The notes beneath the pieces are model-generated. The model was not told the origin of the DNA. It searched no databases and saw only the letters and a program-made list of their open reading frames with translations. DNA of 51,330 nt from Acidobacteriota bacterium (GTDB lineage: Bacteria; Acidobacteriota; Blastocatellia; UBA7656): NCBI GenBank assembly GCA_040755335.1, contig JBFMAU010000003.1, positions 1-51,330 on the forward strand. The letters run 5' to 3'. Of the stretch, positions 36,189-46,026 are shown in pieces. The translations under genes were made by a program, and so were the position numbers. The stretch's first letter is position 1; each line of letters begins with the position of its first letter.

Positions 36189-38588
36189 TCATCTCGCGAA
36201 TATGAACTCAGCCGACAGCGCGCCGTTCGGGTTTTTGACCTGAAGCCTGTCGCCGGGTTTGATCTTCTTGCCCGCCTTTTTGCAGATCAATCGGGTCGCG
36301 GGATTGGCGGGGTCGTTTGCGGTCTTTTGCTCGCGGCCATTGAGCAGAACGACTGCTCTGGCGTCGAATTTCTCGCCCTCGACGAAAAGTTTTTTGCCGC
36401 TCTTCGTTGCGCTGCGGATAGCGGGCGTCGCCAGCGGAGAGCGCAACTCCCACACACCGCGCCCGTAGGTTGCCGCGCGCACGAGCGAGCCGTCATCGAG
36501 CAGTTGGATATCTGTCACCGAAACGAAGGGCAATCCGCCGCCCAGCCTCGCCCAGCTTGCGCCCTGATCCGTAGACCAGAACAAACCGACATCTGTTCCG
36601 CAGTAGAGAACATTTGAATCGACAGGATCGACTCTGACTCTGAATTTGAAGAACTGCGGCAATCCGCTGTCGCGCTCTCCCCACGTCTCTCCTCCATTGG
36701 TCGTCTGGTAAACTCTCGGTCGAAGCGTTCCCTCTTCGGAGGCGAGAACGCAGGCATAAGCTCTCAGCGCGTCTTTGGGATCGATCTCAAGATCATAAGT
36801 GAGGTGACCGTTCGAAGCGTCCACCCATGTCGATCCTCCGTCGACGGATCGAAATACGGCCAGAGTGTTCGTCGCCATAAGCACCGCAGGGTTGCTCTTG
36901 GTGAGAGCGATGTCGGTGAGCGAAACGTCAGTTCGCCATTCGCTTCCATCAGTCGTCGTCACAGGCAGCGTGACCCATGAACTTCCTTCATCGGTCGTTT
37001 TGAAAACACGATAACTCGCCGAATAAAGAATCTTTGGGTCGCTCATGTCCATTTTCAGCAGCGTGCCGAACGGAGCAGATTCGATTGAGAAAGGCGGCGT
37101 TATAGTCATCCATTCGGGATTCGGATCGTCGCCGTTTCTCGCCCTGAAAACGAATCCGAATTGAAACGTAACGTATATCGTCGAAGGTCGGAGAGGATTG
37201 ATCGCGCAATCGAACCCATCGCCGCCAAACACATCGCTCCACGTCGTCGATGGCTCACGGCGCATGCTCGTTCCGTTGTCCTGCGAGCCTGCAAGCATAC
37301 GATCGGTGTTCGTCTGATCCAAAGCCATGGTGTAGAACTGGCGAGTGACAAGCCCATCGTTATGCGCAACGGTCGTGTCGCCGTTGTTCTGGCTGGACCA
37401 CAGTCCGCCGTCGTTGGCTATCCACAAAGTCGATCCGCGAAATTCCATATCGACTGCATCGACATGAATTCCGCCTTCGCCGAACGGAGGGCGATCCCAC
37501 GACGCGCCGCCATCAGTCGTCCGAACATAATCGACTCCTCCGGCGATGACTATATCCGGGTTGGAAGGAGAGACGGTCAGAGCGTTGTTTCGCTCGACCT
37601 GACTCTGGAGATAATTGCCGTGTCTGTCTGAAAGATCGACCCAGTTCTCTCCGCCGTCAGTGGTTTTGTATATGTGGGAAGAGGGGAAGCTTCCTGGACG
37701 CGAAATGCTCGTCGCAGCGTAAAGCACAGAAGGGTTCGATTCGCTCATTGCCAGAGACATGCGCCATGCATTGAGCGATTGAGAGGTCGTAAGTCCCTGC
37801 CCTTTCTCTTCCCACGTCCTTCCGCCGTCCGTAGATTTGATCACGGTCGAGCGATTCTGAAAATCAACGAAGTTGGTCGTCGCATAAATCGTCTGCAGGT
37901 TTGTCGGATGGCGACAGATGTCATAAACCGAGCCGAAGCGGGTGTTGATCCATGTCCGGCCTCCGTCTGTAGAGCGAAAGGCTCCGGTCTCCGCGCCTGC
38001 TAAAACTTCGTCTGCATTCGTCGGATGAACGCTTATGTGAAAAACTCTCGGACTGATCGCTGTGTCAGGAAGCGTCCAGCTTTGCCCCGCGTCGGTGGAT
38101 TTGATTATGCCCGCTCCGTTCGATCTGATTCCGGTTCCGAGATAAAGCGTATCGGGATTGGAAGGAGCTATGGCCAGCGCGCCGACTTCGAGAGAGGGGA
38201 GCGAGTCTGTGAGCGGAGTCCACGTCTTCCCACCATCATCTGCTTTCCATACTCCTCCGCCGTCCGCGCCGACATAAAGGATTTTCGAGTCGTGAGGATG
38301 AAAAACTATCTTATTGATCTTCCCCGCCACACGCGGCCCGATGGACATCCACCCGGAAGAGGCTCCCGGAGCCAGTTTCGAGGCTTCGTATTCTTCGCGC
38401 ATCAGGCGAAGGAGCGATTGAGGATCGAGACTCTGCTGCCACATTCGGCGCAATCGCCATAGGGGATTGAGCGAATCGTCCGCCTCAGGCAGCGATAAAT
38501 GCGACTGCCGCTTTGCGGGAAGCGCGGCCAGTATCAAAAACAAAGACGCAGTGAAGATGAGAAGGATTCGATTCTTCATCGCTGTCAC
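36189..38588 (-). CDS. Exported BNR/Asp-box (VPS10/GH74-like) beta-propeller protein with a small C-terminal Ig-like domain
   Basis: Many S.DGG.TW repeats, GSQDNG, GGDG, AATYGRG. C-terminal KKLFVEGEKFD...VKNPNG domain. Confidence 0.88.
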   Translation of the reverse strand: MTAMKNRILLIFTASLFLILAALPAKRQSHLSLPEADDSLNPLWRLRRMWQQSLDPQSLLRLMREEYEASKLAPGASSGWMSIGPRVAGKINKIVFHPHDSKILYVGADGGGVWKADDGGKTWTPLTDSLPSLEVGALAIAPSNPDTLYLGTGIRSNGAGIIKSTDAGQSWTLPDTAISPRVFHISVHPTNADEVLAGAETGAFRSTDGGRTWINTRFGSVYDICRHPTNLQTIYATTNFVDFQNRSTVIKSTDGGRTWEEKGQGLTTSQSLNAWRMSLAMSESNPSVLYAATSISRPGSFPSSHIYKTTDGGENWVDLSDRHGNYLQSQVERNNALTVSPSNPDIVIAGGVDYVRTTDGGASWDRPPFGEGGIHVDAVDMEFRGSTLWIANDGGLWSSQNNGDTTVAHNDGLVTRQFYTMALDQTNTDRMLAGSQDNGTSMRREPSTTWSDVFGGDGFDCAINPLRPSTIYVTFQFGFVFRARNGDDPNPEWMTITPPFSIESAPFGTLLKMDMSDPKILYSASYRVFKTTDEGSSWVTLPVTTTDGSEWRTDVSLTDIALTKSNPAVLMATNTLAVFRSVDGGSTWVDASNGHLTYDLEIDPKDALRAYACVLASEEGTLRPRVYQTTNGGETWGERDSGLPQFFKFRVRVDPVDSNVLYCGTDVGLFWSTDQGASWARLGGGLPFVSVTDIQLLDDGSLVRAATYGRGVWELRSPLATPAIRSATKSGKKLFVEGEKFDARAVVLLNGREQKTANDPANPATRLICKKAGKKIKPGDRLQVKNPNGALSAEFIFAR

Positions 38589-38608
38589 CTGAATCGCTGC
38601 GACTGCGA

Positions 38609-39079
38609 TTAGTTCTGATCTTTGAGGTTCGGCTCAAGCGAGCGCGTGGTCGATTCCGTGACGCTTACATATTCGGGCGCAGATTCTATCTCGGGCATCT
38701 GTCGCTCGGTGATGGCGGATTTTTCTTCTTCGACAGATTTGCGATTGAGAGAAAAATCCAGCACGCGCGATATCTGACGGATCAACAGAACCTCGATGCT
38801 AAAAGTCGTCGCCAGCATCAGAGCCGTCAGGAAGATGACCGCCCATATCGAGACATGCTCTTCGACGAGTTCCGAAGCCATCACGAATGTCGAGCCGAAT
38901 CCGAAAAACGAAACGAAGATAATCGTTATGGCGAGGTTGTCGAGCATCTTGCCCGGTCTGCCCGCTTTCTCTGATCGCTCCGCATTATCCGGCGCGACGA
39001 GTTTCGCTCCGCATCGCGGGCAGTACGTCAATCCCGACGCGCATGCGGCCCCGCATTTCGAGCAATGCATCGCTATCAC
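38609..39079 (-). CDS. Zinc-ribbon two-TM membrane protein
   Basis: CSKCG...YCPRCG, two TMs, C-terminal SVTE.TTR.L. Confidence 0.8.
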   Translation of the reverse strand: MIAMHCSKCGAACASGLTYCPRCGAKLVAPDNAERSEKAGRPGKMLDNLAITIIFVSFFGFGSTFVMASELVEEHVSIWAVIFLTALMLATTFSIEVLLIRQISRVLDFSLNRKSVEEEKSAITERQMPEIESAPEYVSVTESTTRSLEPNLKDQN

Positions 39080-39150
39080 CTCCTGGTTGCCATACGCCTC
39101 TTCGTCGAGTTGAGTTCGCAGCTATTGTGAGAGTACCGACGGCTTGCGGT

Positions 39151-40071
39151 CTATTCCAGTCGAAGGGAACCGACGAGTGAAAGTATGCTGTCGACTTGAT
39201 GGCGATTGCAATACTCCGAAAGGCCGTCGATTACTTTCATAGTCGCCTGCGGATCGTAGTAGTTGGCCGTGCCTATCTGCACTGAGGTCGCGCCCGCGAT
39301 GATGAATTCCAGCGCGTCGATAGCCGTTGCGATTCCGCCTATGCCTATGATCGGAATTTGAACGGCGCGCGCCGCTTCATAAACCATGCGCACGGCTATC
39401 GGGCGAATCGCTGGCCCCGACAATCCTCCCGTCCCGTAATTCAATCGCGGCCTTCGCGTGTTTATGTCTATCGCCATGCCTACGATGGTGTTTATGAGCG
39501 AGAGTGCGTCTGCTCCCGCATCGGCGATGGCGCGAGCAAGTTCGCTGATGTCTGTGACATTGGGAGAGAGTTTGACTATCAGAGGCCGCGTCGCAGCCTT
39601 GCGCGCTCGTTCGGTCAATCGCGCTGCTGCCGAGGGAGAATTGCCTATCACTATTCCGCCTTCTTTGACATTCGGACAGGAGATGTTCAACTCGTAAGCG
39701 GCGATATCCGATCCGTCGTTCAGAATTTCGATGGCTTCGATGTAATCGTCATCCGAATAGCCGAAGACGTTGGCGATGATGCGAGTGTCGTAAGCGCGAA
39801 GCAGCGGAAGTTTTTCTTCGATAAAAGCGCGAGCGCCGATGTTTTGAAGACCTATGGCGTTGAGCATCCCGCCGTGAGTTTCGACGATTCGCGCAGGCGG
39901 ATTTCCGGCAAGCGGGCGCGCCGAAAGTCCTTTGGTGCAGAATCCTCCCAGTCGGTTGAGATCGATCAAGCCAGCCATTTCAAGGCCGTAGCCGAACGTG
40001 CCTGAAGCGCCCAGCACGGGATTGTTGAAACAGATACCGGCTATTTCTACTGCAAGTCTAGGGTCGTGCAT
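39151..40071 (-). CDS. pyrD: Dihydroorotate dehydrogenase B, catalytic subunit
   Basis: ASGTFG, NAIGLQN, LNISCPN, KLSPN, INT and GGLSGPAI motifs. Confidence 0.96.
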   Translation of the reverse strand: MHDPRLAVEIAGICFNNPVLGASGTFGYGLEMAGLIDLNRLGGFCTKGLSARPLAGNPPARIVETHGGMLNAIGLQNIGARAFIEEKLPLLRAYDTRIIANVFGYSDDDYIEAIEILNDGSDIAAYELNISCPNVKEGGIVIGNSPSAAARLTERARKAATRPLIVKLSPNVTDISELARAIADAGADALSLINTIVGMAIDINTRRPRLNYGTGGLSGPAIRPIAVRMVYEAARAVQIPIIGIGGIATAIDALEFIIAGATSVQIGTANYYDPQATMKVIDGLSEYCNRHQVDSILSLVGSLRLE

Positions 40072-40075
40072 AAAG

Positions 40076-40888
40076 TCAATGCGACATAGCCGCGACTTCC
40101 CATCTGATCACATCCGACGGAAAGATGGAACCGTCCGTGCAGACTCGTTTGTAAGAGCCGTAGGCAGAAGGCTCGCTCGTGTTGACTGCCACCACACAGC
40201 CGACGCAGACGCCGAAGCCGCACCCCATGGGCGCTTCGAGCGAAGCGAAACATTTCACTTCGCGGAGCCGACTGATTTCAGCCACGCGCTTCATCATAGC
40301 CCATGGGCCGCAGGTGTAAAGGACGGCAGGTCTCGTGTCTTCGGCAAGGTGACGCTCAAGCGGAGCGGTGACGAATCCGCGTTCGCCGAGGCTCCCATCG
40401 TCTGTGGTGATAGTAAGAGGAAGATCGAGATCGAGGAAATCCGAAAGCCCGCAGCCAAAGGCTGATCGCTTGTTTGCCGCGCCGAAAAAAATCTGCGCAT
40501 CGACGCGGAGTCGCTTCAACTGCTCGCCGAGCATCCATACAGAAGCCGAGCCTATGCCGCCTGCGACTACGACGGCGCGGGTGTTTGCTTCGACTGTCCA
40601 GTGATTGCCGAGAGGGAGAAGCGCATCGACTTTAGCGCCCGTGTCGAGAAGAGAGAGCATCTCGGTTCCGCGACCCATGACCTGATAGAGAAAACTCAAC
40701 TGATGAGTATTTTCCTGTCTGTAGACGGCCAGCGCGCGGCGAAGCAGCGGTTCATAAGAGCGATGCGCGCGAAGCATTGCGAACTGGCCCGGAAGGATTT
40801 GAAATTCATGGTCGAAGTTCAGTGTGAGAAGTCTGTAGCCCGGTGCTGGTTGGGTGTTGCGCTCGACTGTTGCGACAGTATCTATCAT
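40076..40888 (-). CDS. pyrK: Dihydroorotate dehydrogenase electron transfer subunit
   Basis: [29 protein letters not shown]...VC.DG [2Fe-2S] motif. Start at ATG 40888. Confidence 0.93.
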   Translation of the reverse strand: MIDTVATVERNTQPAPGYRLLTLNFDHEFQILPGQFAMLRAHRSYEPLLRRALAVYRQENTHQLSFLYQVMGRGTEMLSLLDTGAKVDALLPLGNHWTVEANTRAVVVAGGIGSASVWMLGEQLKRLRVDAQIFFGAANKRSAFGCGLSDFLDLDLPLTITTDDGSLGERGFVTAPLERHLAEDTRPAVLYTCGPWAMMKRVAEISRLREVKCFASLEAPMGCGFGVCVGCVVAVNTSEPSAYGSYKRVCTDGSIFPSDVIRWEVAAMSH

Positions 40889-41170
40889 CAGGTCATCCAG
40901 ATTATCCCGACCCGGCCAGCGAGCGTCAATGCGGATTCCATAAGCTACCGGTGTTTGTCTTCTCTGCCTGCTGACTGCCACCCTTACCCCAAATCGTGCA
41001 GGCTCATCCGAAAGCAGGCGGCCCGCCGTCGGCGAGCAGTCTCGCGATTTCAAGGCAATCTGTTGTATTTCAACAATTAAACACCCGATTGATTTCCTCA
41101 ATCCAATGGCACGCCACTCGCCCTGATTGCCGACGTATTTTTTGATAAACGACTCAGGGGGAATTAAAAA

Positions 41171-41740
41171 ATGGCGACCAGCGCATTACCGATTCAGGAT
41201 GCCGTAGTGATGACAGCCCTTGCGGGCGATAGCATGAGCGGATTCGATGAGCTTTACCGCAAGCACTATCGCAGGGTTTATTCGATATGTCTCCGCATGA
41301 CGGGCAATATAGCCGAAGCCGAAGACCTCACGCAGGAAGTCTTCATACAACTCAATCGCAAGCTTTCTTCATTTCGCGGCGAATCGGCTTTCACTACCTG
41401 GCTCCATCGCCTCACGGTCAATCAGGTGCTTATGCATTTTCGCAAACGCTCGGTCAAATCGGAACTCACGACCGAAGACGGCGAGATGCCTGACTCAATC
41501 GATCCTGATACGATCAATCCCGAATCGATGCCAATAGTCGACCGAATAGCGTTGGAGATAGCCATAGCACAACTCCCTCCGGGTTACAGAACAGTATTCG
41601 TGCTTCACGACGTTGAAGGCTACGAACACGAAGAGATCGCCCGCATACTCGGATGCAGCGCAGGCACTTCGAAATCGCAACTGCACAAGGCTCGATTGAA
41701 ACTGCGCCGCCTGCTTCGTCAGCGAGCCAAAGCCGCTTGA
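41171..41740 (+). CDS. ECF RNA polymerase sigma factor (RpoE/SigW-like)
   Basis: [44 protein letters not shown] motifs. Confidence 0.93.
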   Translation: MATSALPIQDAVVMTALAGDSMSGFDELYRKHYRRVYSICLRMTGNIAEAEDLTQEVFIQLNRKLSSFRGESAFTTWLHRLTVNQVLMHFRKRSVKSELTTEDGEMPDSIDPDTINPESMPIVDRIALEIAIAQLPPGYRTVFVLHDVEGYEHEEIARILGCSAGTSKSQLHKARLKLRRLLRQRAKAA

Positions 41741-41770
41741 CTGATCACTTCCTCCTAGGTGCCTCCCTCA

Positions 41771-41809
41771 AAGGCTGCAGGTCTTGCGACAGGCAGCCTT
41801 AAATTTTTC
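41771..41809 (+). terminator. Probable intrinsic terminator after the first ECF sigma
   Basis: AAGGCTGC...GCAGCCTT stem followed by AAATTTTT. Confidence 0.55.
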
Positions 41810-41893
41810 TTACAACTCGGTTTCCCGCGCGCAAAACTCTACCCTTCGCAACTCTCCATCTGTTAGCATGGGCTGGCTCTGAGGGTAGACAAG

Positions 41894-42505
41894 GTGGAGG
41901 CGGATCAAACCAGAACTGAAATGAATGACGACTTCGCTCGCCGCGAAGACCGCGAGCTTGTGGCCGCCTGTCTCGAAGGACAGCATCAGGCATGGGAAGC
42001 CCTCATCACCCGCTATCAACGTCTCATCTATTCCATCCCCATAAAAGCGAGGCTCTCTTCGGATGACTCAGCCGATATCTTTCAATCCGTCTGCCTCAAA
42101 CTGCTCGAAAACCTCTCCTCTCTGCGCGATCACGAAAAGATAGTCTCGTGGATAATCACCACCACTACCCGCGAATGCTGGAGAGTGTCGAATCGGCAGC
42201 GCCGCGACAACCCTTCGGACGGCCACCTTGATCAGGATAATTCGGATCGCTCGATGGAAATTCCTGACCGCGCGCCTCTGGCCGATGAGGAGTTGCACAA
42301 ACTTCAACAACAGCAGATAGTCCGCCAGTCGATTGCCGCCCTCCCCGAAAGATGCGCGGAATTGATTCGAATGCTCTTCTACGAGAAGGACGAACTGAGC
42401 TACTCGGATATAGCGCGCAGGATAAAAATCCCCGTTTCTTCCATTGGCCCGACGCGCGCCCGCTGCCTCGAAAAGCTCAAAAAAATTCTCGCCGACAAGC
42501 TCTAA
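41894..42505 (+). CDS. ECF sigma factor of the type found with TPR-CHAT loci
   Basis: AW.ALI.RY.RL, DIFQ, W..TT..RE and SIGPTRARCL.KL motifs. Start GTG 41894 or ATG 41921. Confidence 0.9.
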   Translation: MEADQTRTEMNDDFARREDRELVAACLEGQHQAWEALITRYQRLIYSIPIKARLSSDDSADIFQSVCLKLLENLSSLRDHEKIVSWIITTTTRECWRVSNRQRRDNPSDGHLDQDNSDRSMEIPDRAPLADEELHKLQQQQIVRQSIAALPERCAELIRMLFYEKDELSYSDIARRIKIPVSSIGPTRARCLEKLKKILADKL

Positions 42506-42576
42506 AGTATGTATTTTCCACCCTCTTTTCTTCTCTACCTGATTGTCCTCCCCTCGTGAGAGAAGGAGATTAGAGA

Positions 42577-45252
42577 ATGAAAAAAATAACGAGCATATTG
42601 ACAGCCACACTCCTGATTTGGGGACTGCTTTCGATACCGGTCGAAGCGGGCCAGTCGCGAGTCAAAGGCGCTATCAGATCAGTAGACCTCAATCGCGGAT
42701 TGGTCACTATAGCCAAACGCGGAGGCGAACCTGTTACCGTCAACGTCACAGACCGAACCGAAATAACCCGCAACGGTCAGCCTGCCCGTCTTCACGACCT
42801 GCAGGCCGGAGATAAAGCCACCGCTAAATATGATTCCCGCTCGCTCGCTGCTTCCCGGATAGATGCGCGCGGAGAAGAGCGCGCTCCTCTTTCCAGAGTC
42901 GACGGCACCTTCAGCGGAGTCGACGCGCAATCAAGCACCGTCGTCATAAGCCCTCTCGGCGAAGGCGAGCCTGTGAGACTAACGATCACATCCGCCACCG
43001 AGCTTATGCTCGACGGAAGAAGCGCATCGCTCGAAGAGATGGCTTCCGGGTTCGGAGTCGTCGCTCTCATGCGCGAAGGCTCGACCGAAGCCGTAACGGT
43101 GAGCGCGGAATCTCTCGCGGAAGTGCGCGGAGTCATTCGCGCCGTCAACGCGGAAGCTAAAACCGTCACTATCGATCCGTTGTCGGGCGAATCTCTCGTC
43201 ACGCTCAACGTAACAGAAGGCACTCTCATCGGTCTCAACGGAAGGCCCGCCGGTCTTGCGGATCTCGCAGCAGGCTATCACGCGCGAGCGAGCTTCGAGC
43301 CGGACAGCCACAACGCCCGAAGGATCGATGCCGCTTCCCTGCTCGAAATACTTGGCCACATCAGAGCGGTGAATGTAGAAAGAGCGACCGTCACAATCGC
43401 GCCTCTCTCGGATTCGCCCGCCGTCGAATTGCAGGTCGTCCATTCCACAGTGATAACGATCAACGGCGAAGCGGCTCCGCTTGATCGCCTGCAACCGGGC
43501 ATGTCGGCAAAAGCCATCTACAACCTCGCGTCTCTGGTTGCCGAAAAAATCGATGCGCGAACTGAAGGCTCTTCGGATTGCACAGCCGTCGCGACGGCGG
43601 GCGAAATCAAAGGCGTCGATGTGGAAGCCAAAACGCTCACCATAGACCCCGAAGGCGAAGGCGAGGAAGTAACGCTCAACATAACCGAGCGGACTGAAAT
43701 CACGCTCAACGGTCGTCCGGCGCGGCTCAACGAGTTGCTGCCCGGAATGAAAGTCGGCGCGCGGTTTTGCCGAGAAACTCTCAACGCTCTGGCCGTCGCC
43801 GCGCGCGACCGCGAAGAAGAATGCACGGTAGTCGGAGTCGAAGGCGCGATTGCGCGAGTCCATCTCGAAACCAGCACTCTGGTCATCGCGACAGCGAGCG
43901 GCGAGCTTGTGACTTTGAACGTCACTCCTCGGACTGAAATCAAGCTCAACGGCGAGGAAGCGAGGCTTGCGGATTTGCAACCCGGCATGAGAGTCGGGGC
44001 GCGAGTGTGCCGCGAGACTTTGGTTGCGCTCTCCATCGCTGCAACGAGTCAGGAGGATTGCACCGCGGTGGGCGTGAGCGGAGAAATCGAGCGCGTCGAC
44101 GTTGAAGGCCATCATCTGGTCATTGACCCGCAGGGCGAAGGCGAATCGCTTACGCTCAACATCACCGAGCGAACCGAAATCGCGCTCGATGGTCGTCCCG
44201 CCCGTCTCGCCGATCTGCAACCGGGGATGAAAGTGAGCGCGCGGTTCTGCCGCGAAACTCTCAACGCTCTGGCAGTCATCGCCACAAGCGAAGATGAATG
44301 TCACGCCGAAGGGGTTCAGGGAGAAATCTCGCGCATAGACACGGACGCAAAAATGATTGCGATAACTCCTCCGGGCAGCAGCGAAGCGGTGGTGTTGAAC
44401 GTGGTTGAGCGGACTGAAATCACTCTCGACGGACACCCGGCGCGGCTCGGTGATCTTCAGGTCGGAATGCGCGCGGCTGCGCGGTTCTGCCGCGACACGA
44501 AGACCGCGCTCGCAATCGCCGCGTTGAGCGGAGGCGGAGACTGCACCTTGGCGAGTGTCGAAGGCGTCATCGCCCGAGTCAATGTTGATGAGGGCAAACT
44601 CGCAATCGCCACGCCGAGCGGCGAACAGGTCACGCTCAACATCACCAATCGGACTGAGATCATTCTCGATGGTCGCCCTGCGCGACTCCATGAGTTGCAG
44701 CAGGGGATGAAGGCGGCTGCGCGCTTCTGCCGCGAGACTCAGGAGGCGCTCTCGGTCGTCGCGTCGAGCGGCGCGGGGGATTGCACTGCGGCGAGCGTCG
44801 AGGGCGAGATCGCGCGAGTCAGCCTCGAGGAAAGCAAACTCGTAATCGCTGTGGCGAGCGGCGAGCAGGTGACTTTGAACGTAACCGACAGGACGGAGAT
44901 AAAAGTCAACGATCAGGCGGCGCGCCTTTCTGATCTGCGACCGGGTATGCGAGCGGCTGCGCGGTTCTGCCGCGAAACTCTCAACGCTCTGGCCGTCGCC
45001 GCCACAACCTCCACTGCCGATTGCACGGTGGTGAGAGTCGAAGGCGCGATTGCGCGAGTCAATCTTGAAGGTCACACTGTCACGATCGCTGTGGCGAGCG
45101 GCGAGCAGGTGACTTTGAACATAACCGACAGGACTGAAATAAAGATCAACGGTCAGGCGGCGCGTCTCGAAGATTTGAGCGCAGGCATGAAGGTTGAAGC
45201 GAGGTTCTGCCGCGAAACCCTGAACGCTCTGGCGATTCAGGCGACAAGGTAG
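42577..45252 (+). CDS. Exported protein of 11 tandem ~80-aa OB-fold-like (DUF5666-like) repeats
   Basis: Signal peptide (VEA cleavage). Repeat G.I..V...VTLNIT.RTEI.L.G..ARL.DL.PGM. Repeats 5-11 each carry two Cys. Confidence 0.85.
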   Translation: MKKITSILTATLLIWGLLSIPVEAGQSRVKGAIRSVDLNRGLVTIAKRGGEPVTVNVTDRTEITRNGQPARLHDLQAGDKATAKYDSRSLAASRIDARGEERAPLSRVDGTFSGVDAQSSTVVISPLGEGEPVRLTITSATELMLDGRSASLEEMASGFGVVALMREGSTEAVTVSAESLAEVRGVIRAVNAEAKTVTIDPLSGESLVTLNVTEGTLIGLNGRPAGLADLAAGYHARASFEPDSHNARRIDAASLLEILGHIRAVNVERATVTIAPLSDSPAVELQVVHSTVITINGEAAPLDRLQPGMSAKAIYNLASLVAEKIDARTEGSSDCTAVATAGEIKGVDVEAKTLTIDPEGEGEEVTLNITERTEITLNGRPARLNELLPGMKVGARFCRETLNALAVAARDREEECTVVGVEGAIARVHLETSTLVIATASGELVTLNVTPRTEIKLNGEEARLADLQPGMRVGARVCRETLVALSIAATSQEDCTAVGVSGEIERVDVEGHHLVIDPQGEGESLTLNITERTEIALDGRPARLADLQPGMKVSARFCRETLNALAVIATSEDECHAEGVQGEISRIDTDAKMIAITPPGSSEAVVLNVVERTEITLDGHPARLGDLQVGMRAAARFCRDTKTALAIAALSGGGDCTLASVEGVIARVNVDEGKLAIATPSGEQVTLNITNRTEIILDGRPARLHELQQGMKAAARFCRETQEALSVVASSGAGDCTAASVEGEIARVSLEESKLVIAVASGEQVTLNVTDRTEIKVNDQAARLSDLRPGMRAAARFCRETLNALAVAATTSTADCTVVRVEGAIARVNLEGHTVTIAVASGEQVTLNITDRTEIKINGQAARLEDLSAGMKVEARFCRETLNALAIQATR

Positions 45253-45260
45253 GGTAAAAT

Positions 45261-45287
45261 GAAGGCGCGCGCTCGGCGCGCGCCTTC
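45261..45287 (+). other. Perfect 12-bp GC hairpin without U-tract
   Basis: GAAGGCGCGCGC-TCG-GCGCGCGCCTTC. Confidence 0.7.
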
Positions 45288-45324
45288 GAAGCAAGGCGCG
45301 ACTTGCGCCGAACAGGAGCTAAGA

Positions 45325-45945
45325 ATGAACTGCCCCGGATTTGAAAAACTCATCGATTGCCTCGACCATCAGACGACTGAAGCCGAGACTCACGCAGTCA
45401 AAGCGCATCTCGAAGAATGCGAGCAGTGCGCGGCTGTAGGCGCGTGGTACGAAAAAATCCGCGCGATTGCCGCAGCCGACGACACTCTGGAGCCGCCTTC
45501 GTGGGTTGCGCGCCGCGCCGTCCGTCTTTTTGAGACGCGACGCTCCTCAGGCATAAAAGCAAAACTCGGACGGCTGGTCGCCTCTCTTATATTCGATTCT
45601 CAGGCGCAACCGCAGGTCGCAGGGGTTCGTTCGACCGAGACGATGAATCGTCAGTTGCTCTATGAAGCGGACAACTACAGCATAGACGTGCAGATCAGTC
45701 TTTCGGACGAGCCGCGCGCAGGTCTTGTGGGACAGATTCTCCGCAAGGACGACGTGCAGTTCGAATCGGTCTCGCGCATCCCGCTCGATCTGATCCGCGA
45801 AGGCGAGACCATACGTTCGACCTTGACGAGCGAGACCGGGGAATTCAGCATCGGCGAAGTCGATTTCGGAGAGTACGATTTGAGGATCGATCTTCTGGAC
45901 GTGAGCATAACGGTCGCAGGTCTTCCCGTCGCGCAGTTGAACTGA
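45325..45945 (+). CDS. Soluble zinc-finger (zf-HC2) anti-sigma-like protein with a C-terminal beta-sandwich (carboxypeptidase-regulatory-like) domain
   Basis: HLEECEQC (HxxxCxxC), L.FDS......GVR, GQIL...SETGEFS....GEYDL. No TM. AGGAG RBS before ATG 45325. Confidence 0.82.
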   Translation: MNCPGFEKLIDCLDHQTTEAETHAVKAHLEECEQCAAVGAWYEKIRAIAAADDTLEPPSWVARRAVRLFETRRSSGIKAKLGRLVASLIFDSQAQPQVAGVRSTETMNRQLLYEADNYSIDVQISLSDEPRAGLVGQILRKDDVQFESVSRIPLDLIREGETIRSTLTSETGEFSIGEVDFGEYDLRIDLLDVSITVAGLPVAQLN

Positions 45946-46026
45946 CGGGCGAGAAATCAATTGAACGCGAGAACCGTAGCGCGAGTGTGCCTTGCGCTAC
46001 ATCGCTTTTTTGCAGGAGCCGCGTAA

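Noticed and set aside
41171-41740. First ECF sigma as part of the CHAT operon
   Set aside because: It is a different ECF type and is followed by a terminator-like hairpin; a cascade is possible but unsupported.
42506-42576. Specific ECF promoter motif (TGTATT...CTCTAC) upstream of the repeat gene
   Set aside because: I could not find a convincing second full copy upstream of other operon genes.
42979-45294. 771-aa minus-strand ORF
   Set aside because: Antisense shadow of the repeat protein; no recognisable motifs.
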